Source: Nitrospinaceae bacterium
Lineage (GTDB): Bacteria > Nitrospinota > Nitrospinia > Nitrospinales > Nitrospinaceae
DNA length: 64,000 nt
NCBI GenBank assembly: GCA_965237905.1
Contig: OZ250172.1
Span: 1,120,001 to 1,184,000, forward strand
Direction of reading: 5' to 3'
Under the pieces are notes generated by a model. The model was given only the letters and a program-made list of their open reading frames with translations, made no database searches and had not been told where the DNA came from. Of this stretch, positions 58,872-64,000 are shown piece by piece; positions within the stretch are counted from its first letter, which is position 1, and each line of letters starts with the position of its first letter. Position numbers and translations under genes: made by a program.

Positions 58872-59972
58872 TTACTTTTTGACTTTCAATTCTTTGAGCT
58901 CGTCTCCGGACCATTTGATGGAAAGTCGGCTCCGGCCCTTGTACGCTTTTTTCTGGAAAGCGGACCCGAACACGAGAGGCAACGAAACGCTGGGCTCGAC
59001 AAAAGCCATACTGAAGTTGGCTTCTTTGTTGACCTTGCCCCAGGACTGGGCCTCGGCCAGAGTACTGCCGCTGAGCCCACCCCAATGCGGTGCGTCGGTG
59101 GTCATCTGTATCGCATATTTGTGGCCGCCGGTATTCTTTCCGAAGATATAACTCATGACAATCGAATCGTTGATATAATTTTTCGGAACGCCGCCTGCCA
59201 CGTAAAACGCCGCCGTTCTTTTGGATTTCACCACCAACTGAGTGATCTCATAATTGTCGCGAATGGAATCGATGGTGATCGGTTGCCGTCCTGCTTTCTT
59301 AGCGTCGACATAATGTTCGGTCAGACCAATACCGATACTGGAATCGTTGAGTGCCGGACAAAAAATGGGCACGCCTTTTTTACGGGCGGCGACCAGAATC
59401 GAATCTTTGTCATCGATTACTTTGGAGAGAAGAGAGATAAATTCGCGGCTGGAATATTTGCGCGCAGGCAGGCTGTCGGCAAACTGGCCGATCAAAGAAT
59501 CGAATTGCGCGAACTTTTCCTCATCGACATAGGTGTCATAGATACGGTTGATCAACAGTTCCCGCAACCGGGTGTCATCGGCCTCTGGACTGCCGTAATA
59601 ATGTCCGGCGCCCATGGCCGCGTAAAAATCCTGATACAGGATCGCACCGGTGGAAACCACGACATCCACCATATTGTAATGAATGAGATCCCGAATGACT
59701 TTTCGCAGGCCAGCGGCAATCAGCGGTCCCGCCAACCCCAACATGATCATCGGGCGCTCTTTGTCCTTGAGCATCTTTTGAAAAATATTGGCGCATTGGC
59801 CCACATTGCGGGCCTGGATCGAAGTATTCTGATAGGCCTCTACCAGGTCGGCCACATTTTTTATTTTTTCGAAATCAATCTGATTGATTCGGGTCTTGAG
59901 GAGGGATTTTTTCTTATTTCTATCTTGTGGGCTTAAGGGATGAAGGTTTTTTATGTAATCTTCGTAGGCCAT
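58872..59972 (-). CDS. Deoxyhypusine synthase family protein (bacterial; possible homospermidine synthase)
   Basis: STGA, RIYD, CPAL.DSSIG, GG.PKN, WGGLSGST..EA.SWGK. Confidence 0.9.
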   Translation of the reverse strand: MAYEDYIKNLHPLSPQDRNKKKSLLKTRINQIDFEKIKNVADLVEAYQNTSIQARNVGQCANIFQKMLKDKERPMIMLGLAGPLIAAGLRKVIRDLIHYNMVDVVVSTGAILYQDFYAAMGAGHYYGSPEADDTRLRELLINRIYDTYVDEEKFAQFDSLIGQFADSLPARKYSSREFISLLSKVIDDKDSILVAARKKGVPIFCPALNDSSIGIGLTEHYVDAKKAGRQPITIDSIRDNYEITQLVVKSKRTAAFYVAGGVPKNYINDSIVMSYIFGKNTGGHKYAIQMTTDAPHWGGLSGSTLAEAQSWGKVNKEANFSMAFVEPSVSLPLVFGSAFQKKAYKGRSRLSIKWSGDELKELKVKK

Positions 59973-60004
59973 CGTTTCTCTGGGCTTGAAGGAATAAAGC
60001 AGGA

Positions 60005-60033
60005 ATAATAGCGTGCCTCCCCCCTCAGGTCAA
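60005..60033 (-). promoter_or_regulatory. Putative sigma70 promoter of the DHS-family gene
   Basis: Minus strand TTGACC-N17-TATTAT. Confidence 0.55.
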
Positions 60034-60086
60034 GCACTCGAAACAAAAGCCTTCCACTCAAGAACCTGGAATCCCAAGAATGGCCT

Positions 60087-60524
60087 TTAGAGCCGGGAAC
60101 ACAGGTCTTTGGAATGCATCGAGGTATCCACCTTGTCAATGGCTTCCTGAATTACTCCTTGTTCATCGATCACATAACTGATGCGGGAGGCATAGGCGTC
60201 GTCTTTGCTTTGAATGGCGTGATAGGCCATCGCGATTTCCCGCCCGACGTCACACAGCAAAGGATAGGGAAAGTTGAACTTTTCCGCAAATGCTTTATTT
60301 TCCGCCTCGCTGTCCAGGCTGACTCCCAGAACCACGGCACCCTTTTCCTGAAACTTCTCGTAATCGTCGCGAAATCCTTTGCCCTCCATGGTGCACCCGG
60401 GGGTATCGGCTTTCGGGTAAAACCAGAGGATCACTTTCTTTCCTCTCAAATCCTTCAACGTAACCCGGTTTCCATTGTGGTCATTGACCAGAAAATCGGG
60501 CGCTTCGCTACCTACTTTCAGCAT
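60087..60524 (-). CDS. bcp: Peroxiredoxin (BCP/PrxQ type)
   Basis: FYPKADTPGCT.E, LGVS.D, F.YPLL.D; ATG 60524 with AAGGAG RBS. Confidence 0.88.
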   Translation of the reverse strand: MLKVGSEAPDFLVNDHNGNRVTLKDLRGKKVILWFYPKADTPGCTMEGKGFRDDYEKFQEKGAVVLGVSLDSEAENKAFAEKFNFPYPLLCDVGREIAMAYHAIQSKDDAYASRISYVIDEQGVIQEAIDKVDTSMHSKDLCSRL

Positions 60525-60638
60525 AACTGTTCTCCTTCCAAGTAATTGGCGGATCAGGGATTTCAAAACAAATTTTATGAGGGGCCAGCGAATCACAGTA
60601 ATTAGATGCAGAGAACAATGGGAAGGAGTAAATTTTTT

Positions 60639-60896
60639 TCAGGAAGACGGGGATTCCGGGCCGTCTTTTTTGCCGGATGATTGAGAGTGATCTTTCACGC
60701 CTCGGCCGAGAAAAGAGGTCAGATCGATTCCATAATACCGGAACGCTGCCAGGATAATGGCTACAGCCGCGGCTTCGTCCAGATTGCCGATGATGGGGAA
60801 ATTATCCGGGATGAGTTCAAATACACCCGCACCGGGATTTAGCAGATACACCAGGCTGAGCAGACCGGCCACAGCGACCAAAAGATTCTTAATCAT
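60639..60896 (-). CDS. DUF1232 (YkvA-like) small membrane protein
   Basis: YLLNP...ELIPD..P.IG.LD. Confidence 0.75.
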   Translation of the reverse strand: MIKNLLVAVAGLLSLVYLLNPGAGVFELIPDNFPIIGNLDEAAAVAIILAAFRYYGIDLTSFLGRGVKDHSQSSGKKDGPESPSS

Positions 60897-61612
60897 GAAA
60901 AACTCCCTGCCTGCGTTCCGGGTTCATTGGCCTTCATCAGAGCGACTATTTTTTCACCCAATACCAAATCTTCCACCCGCGTGATTTTGATATTCAACTC
61001 CGAACCGGGGATCACTTTTACTTCTCTTCCCAGGTATTCGATTAACGAACCTTCATCGGTTCCATAAAAATTATCGGCCTGGGCCTTTTCAAAGGCCTCC
61101 TTAAGCAAAGAAACCTGAAACGTCTGCGGCGTTTGAACGCGCCACAACCCGCTGCGGTCGATGGTACGCTCGACCAGACCCTCCTCGTTCACTTTTTTGA
61201 TCGTATCGTTTACAGGAATCGCGGTGATCGCTGCTCCAAAATCGCGGGCGGCCTCGACGGTTTCGCGGACGAGGTCCGGCGAAACAAACGGCCGGACGCC
61301 GTCGTGAATCACGACGATATCCGTCTCGGAATCCAGGCTCTTCAAACCATTGCCGACGGAATCCTGTCGCTCCTTTCCTCCCGCGATGACTTTCGTTACT
61401 TTGGGATGGGACTCCTGAATCTGTTGTTGCGCCTTTCCGATTTCATTTTCCGAAACGACCAAGACAATTTCGTCCACTACGGAACATTGATCCAGGACAG
61501 ACAGGGTGTGGTGCAGAATAGGCTTGCCGTCGAGCAACAAAAACTGCTTCGGAACATTGGAGCCCATTCGGATGCCCATTCCAGCGGCGGGTATAATGGC
61601 GGAGACTTTCAT
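60893..61612 (-). CDS. ispD: 2-C-methyl-D-erythritol 4-phosphate cytidylyltransferase
   Basis: PAAG.G.RM...PKQF, GG.ERQDSV, IHDGVRP, QTPQ, TDE, NIKIT. Confidence 0.95.
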   Translation of the reverse strand: MKVSAIIPAAGMGIRMGSNVPKQFLLLDGKPILHHTLSVLDQCSVVDEIVLVVSENEIGKAQQQIQESHPKVTKVIAGGKERQDSVGNGLKSLDSETDIVVIHDGVRPFVSPDLVRETVEAARDFGAAITAIPVNDTIKKVNEEGLVERTIDRSGLWRVQTPQTFQVSLLKEAFEKAQADNFYGTDEGSLIEYLGREVKVIPGSELNIKITRVEDLVLGEKIVALMKANEPGTQAGSFS

Positions 61613-61642
61613 AAGTACTTAACGCCTTGGGTCAGGCTTCAG

Positions 61643-62746
61643 CTATTTTTTTAACTTTTTTAAAATACTATCACTTCGGGATATATTGACGTTGGCTTTG
61701 CGCTTCAAATCCGCCAAAGCATCCAGGAGTTGCTTATTGCTCCCTTTTCCTCCCTGGGAGGCAATGAGTTTCTCCATCTTTCCCTGCTCGGCGGCAATCG
61801 CTTTCAGGATTTCGATAAGCCGGGTAATCTTCTCGTTGATCAAATCCGCTTTGGCTCTTCCCACCTCACTGCCTTGGAGCTGGTTTTTATCGATTTGCAC
61901 AAGCCGCTTATCCAATATATCCTTCAGGGCCACCATGGTTTCACGGGTAAGTTTTAAGTTTTCATCCGACTTGGATTGATTGCCCCCAAGACTATCGATT
62001 TTGGCGGATGCGTTTTCCTGTTCCTGCAGGGTCTTGGAAAGAATGTCGATGATTTTTTTGTTTTGTTCGCTTAGGGATTTGCTATTTTGTACCACACCGG
62101 CCTGAAGAGAAGCTAACGTTTCGCTGGTTTTGGATCCCCCCTTAGCAATCTCCGTCATAACGGCAATAGATTTATCCACACGGGTATTTTGAGCGTCTAA
62201 GCGCTTCTCATTATTTTTAATCAATTCCTGAAAGGCGCTCTGGTTGAGCTGGGCCATTCGCTCCATGTCCTTGGCCATGCCTCCCTTCAACCTTTGGAGA
62301 TTGGCGCTGATTTCCTGTTTGATCGCATCCAACTCAGCCTTCTGGTGTTGGGCCTTGTTTTCCCGCTCGGACTTGATTTGGGATTCCAATTGGGCCAGAC
62401 GCTTACTCACCGATCGAATTTCCTGGATGGACTGGGCCTGGCTCTGCTCCATAGACCCCTGCATCGCCGGGATCACGCTTGATAAAATTTCGATTTGCTG
62501 GTTAACGGTTCTGTTCCCCGACTTTATTTGATTGACCTCGGCTTTAACTTTTTGAATTGCCAGGTTTGTATTGTGGATTTGGGGCATGACTTTTTCCACA
62601 ATGCGGGTATTGAGTTTTTTAATTTCCAACAAAATCCGTTCCAATTTCTTTTCATCACTTGCAAATAACTGGGCAGACGCTATAGATGCAAACCAAGCCA
62701 GGCAAACCAATAAGGCGCAGGACACGCGAATGAATTTTCTTTTCAT
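61643..62746 (-). CDS. Exported long coiled-coil protein downstream of pal
   Basis: Signal peptide (..ASA-Q) then continuous heptad-like helix rich in Q/K/E/L; no TPRs seen. Confidence 0.75.
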   Translation of the reverse strand: MKRKFIRVSCALLVCLAWFASIASAQLFASDEKKLERILLEIKKLNTRIVEKVMPQIHNTNLAIQKVKAEVNQIKSGNRTVNQQIEILSSVIPAMQGSMEQSQAQSIQEIRSVSKRLAQLESQIKSERENKAQHQKAELDAIKQEISANLQRLKGGMAKDMERMAQLNQSAFQELIKNNEKRLDAQNTRVDKSIAVMTEIAKGGSKTSETLASLQAGVVQNSKSLSEQNKKIIDILSKTLQEQENASAKIDSLGGNQSKSDENLKLTRETMVALKDILDKRLVQIDKNQLQGSEVGRAKADLINEKITRLIEILKAIAAEQGKMEKLIASQGGKGSNKQLLDALADLKRKANVNISRSDSILKKLKK

Positions 62747-62823
62747 TGTATTTTCCCGATGATATTTAAGGACTTGTAAACGAACACTTTATTAGCATTT
62801 CACAGAAGGCCCGATACAGGAAC

Positions 62824-62862
62824 AAAAAAACAGCCGCAACAAGTATACCCCCGTTGCGGCCG
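62824..62862 (-). terminator. Intrinsic terminator after pal
   Basis: Minus strand GCCGCAAC-N12-GTTGCGGC followed by TGTTTTTTT. Confidence 0.65.
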
Positions 62863-62902
62863 CTCCGTTGAACTATTTTTATAGTGTAGCTATAACTACC
62901 GA

Positions 62903-63652
62903 TCAATCAGCAACAGTGAAATGTGCCCGGCGGTTTTCCCACCAGCAGTTTTCATTGCTATCAAAACAAAAGGGTTTTTCTTCCCCGTAGCTGATGGTGT
63001 ATAACCGGCTTTCATCAACACCCAAATTGACCAGATATTTCTTGGTCTGCAAAACGCGGCGTTCGCCAAGACCCAAATTGTAATTATTGGTACCTCGTTC
63101 ATCCGCATGCCCTTGGATTTCCACACGAGCATTGGGGTTTTTCTTCAACCAATCAGCGTTGGATCGAAGAATGGTCTTGGTTGAAGTATCCAAAATATCG
63201 CGATCATACTCAAAATGGACATCTTGCAAATGCTGTTCATCTTTAAAGTCCTTAAGCAATTTAGCTTCCTGAAGCGGTTCGGCATCGGGTGCTATAAAAA
63301 TTGGATCCGGTTCCATCACCTGAGGCGTCTCGATCACTTCCGGCTCATCGGGTACCGATGGTACCTCTACAACGTCGATTGTATCCTCAACCACGTCCGG
63401 CCCTTCGGTCTCAATACCGCCCCCAAAGAGAGGTGCAGTATCTTCTTGAATACCATCAACATCTTCCTGTGTAATGTCTATCGCAGGCTGGGGCTCCTCA
63501 GGTGCGGGAATCGCCTCAACCACCGGTGCCGGGGGTTCGTCAACTTCCGGAGGGGCAACATTCTTGGAACAACCCCAAGTCAGGAGAAAACCCAAAAACA
63601 TCACTGTCCCAAAAAACAAATTAGAATGCATTGCGCTCTTGATTTTAATCAT
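62903..63652 (-). CDS. pal: Peptidoglycan-associated lipoprotein with long Pro/acidic linker
   Basis: Lipobox WGC; V.F.YD, IQGHADERGT..YN..LG.RR, ISYGEEKP, NRRA; GAGG RBS before ATG 63652. Confidence 0.9.
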   Translation of the reverse strand: MIKIKSAMHSNLFFGTVMFLGFLLTWGCSKNVAPPEVDEPPAPVVEAIPAPEEPQPAIDITQEDVDGIQEDTAPLFGGGIETEGPDVVEDTIDVVEVPSVPDEPEVIETPQVMEPDPIFIAPDAEPLQEAKLLKDFKDEQHLQDVHFEYDRDILDTSTKTILRSNADWLKKNPNARVEIQGHADERGTNNYNLGLGERRVLQTKKYLVNLGVDESRLYTISYGEEKPFCFDSNENCWWENRRAHFTVAD

Positions 63653-64000
63653 AAGTACCTCTTTTGGATTCAATGGCTTAATTAAATTAACATCTCTCAA
63701 TCATTTCTATATCTGATCCCTTGGACTCATAAATGAGCGCCCAAAACTCACAAAAAAATAAATGGCCCAATTTTGCGCTCTGTAAAATACCTGCCATAGC
63801 TATTTGAATTATTTTGACTTGAAAGATCAACTCTGAGAACCGGGGAGGCTCTTAATACGTCCTTTAAAATTATATGACTATAGATCACTGTTTTTCAATC
63901 AATAAATTGAAGTTTCTTTATGTTAGCAGTTACTGTAAAAAAAACAAGACTGGATACGCTAACCCCTGAAAAATCAGTCTATCTTTTTGGGTAGGGGGAC

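Noticed and set aside
60380..60410. Possible selenocysteine in the peroxiredoxin
   Set aside because: The active-site codon is TGC (Cys).
1..64000. CRISPR array, tRNA/rRNA, transposase, integrase or prophage
   Set aside because: No regularly spaced repeats, cloverleaf/rRNA signatures or mobile-element proteins were seen by eye.

Overview
A 64-kb stretch of mostly core chromosome from a GC-moderate Gram-negative bacterium. Gene content and style (futalosine-pathway mqnC, cobA-hemD fusion, NrtP/NarK transporter) suggest a Nitrospinota-like organism, but that is inference only. It holds about 66 CDSs, including pdxA-rsmA-cobA/hemD, mqnC, scpB-rluB, dcd, cysS, cysD-cysN, wecB, algC, amrB-pcm, moeB, recJ-rnhB, ffh-rpsP-khpA-rimM-trmD-rplS, queC, moaB, rluD, rodA, rng, narK, ychF, queE, mutY, a DHS-family gene, bcp, ispD and pal. 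I found no rRNA, tRNA, CRISPR array, integrase or transposase. The most notable observations are: (1) an ~815-bp AT-rich gap between rluD and rodA with clustered DnaA boxes, a candidate oriC with no dnaA beside it; (2) a 42-60 bp non-coding motif present twice, 50 kb apart, each time upstream of a gene; (3) a membrane-anchored TPR + type-1-copper cupredoxin + helical-domain protein; (4) a GlpD-like oxidoreductase (with a 1-bp frameshift) + DegT aminotransferase + membrane protein operon; (5) a probable pseudo-protease (HQxxH) and a degenerate APS-kinase domain; (6) several leaderless-mRNA candidates; (7) a long-linker Pal followed by a TPR-less coiled-coil protein; (8) clusters of small palindromic or tandem intergenic repeats.
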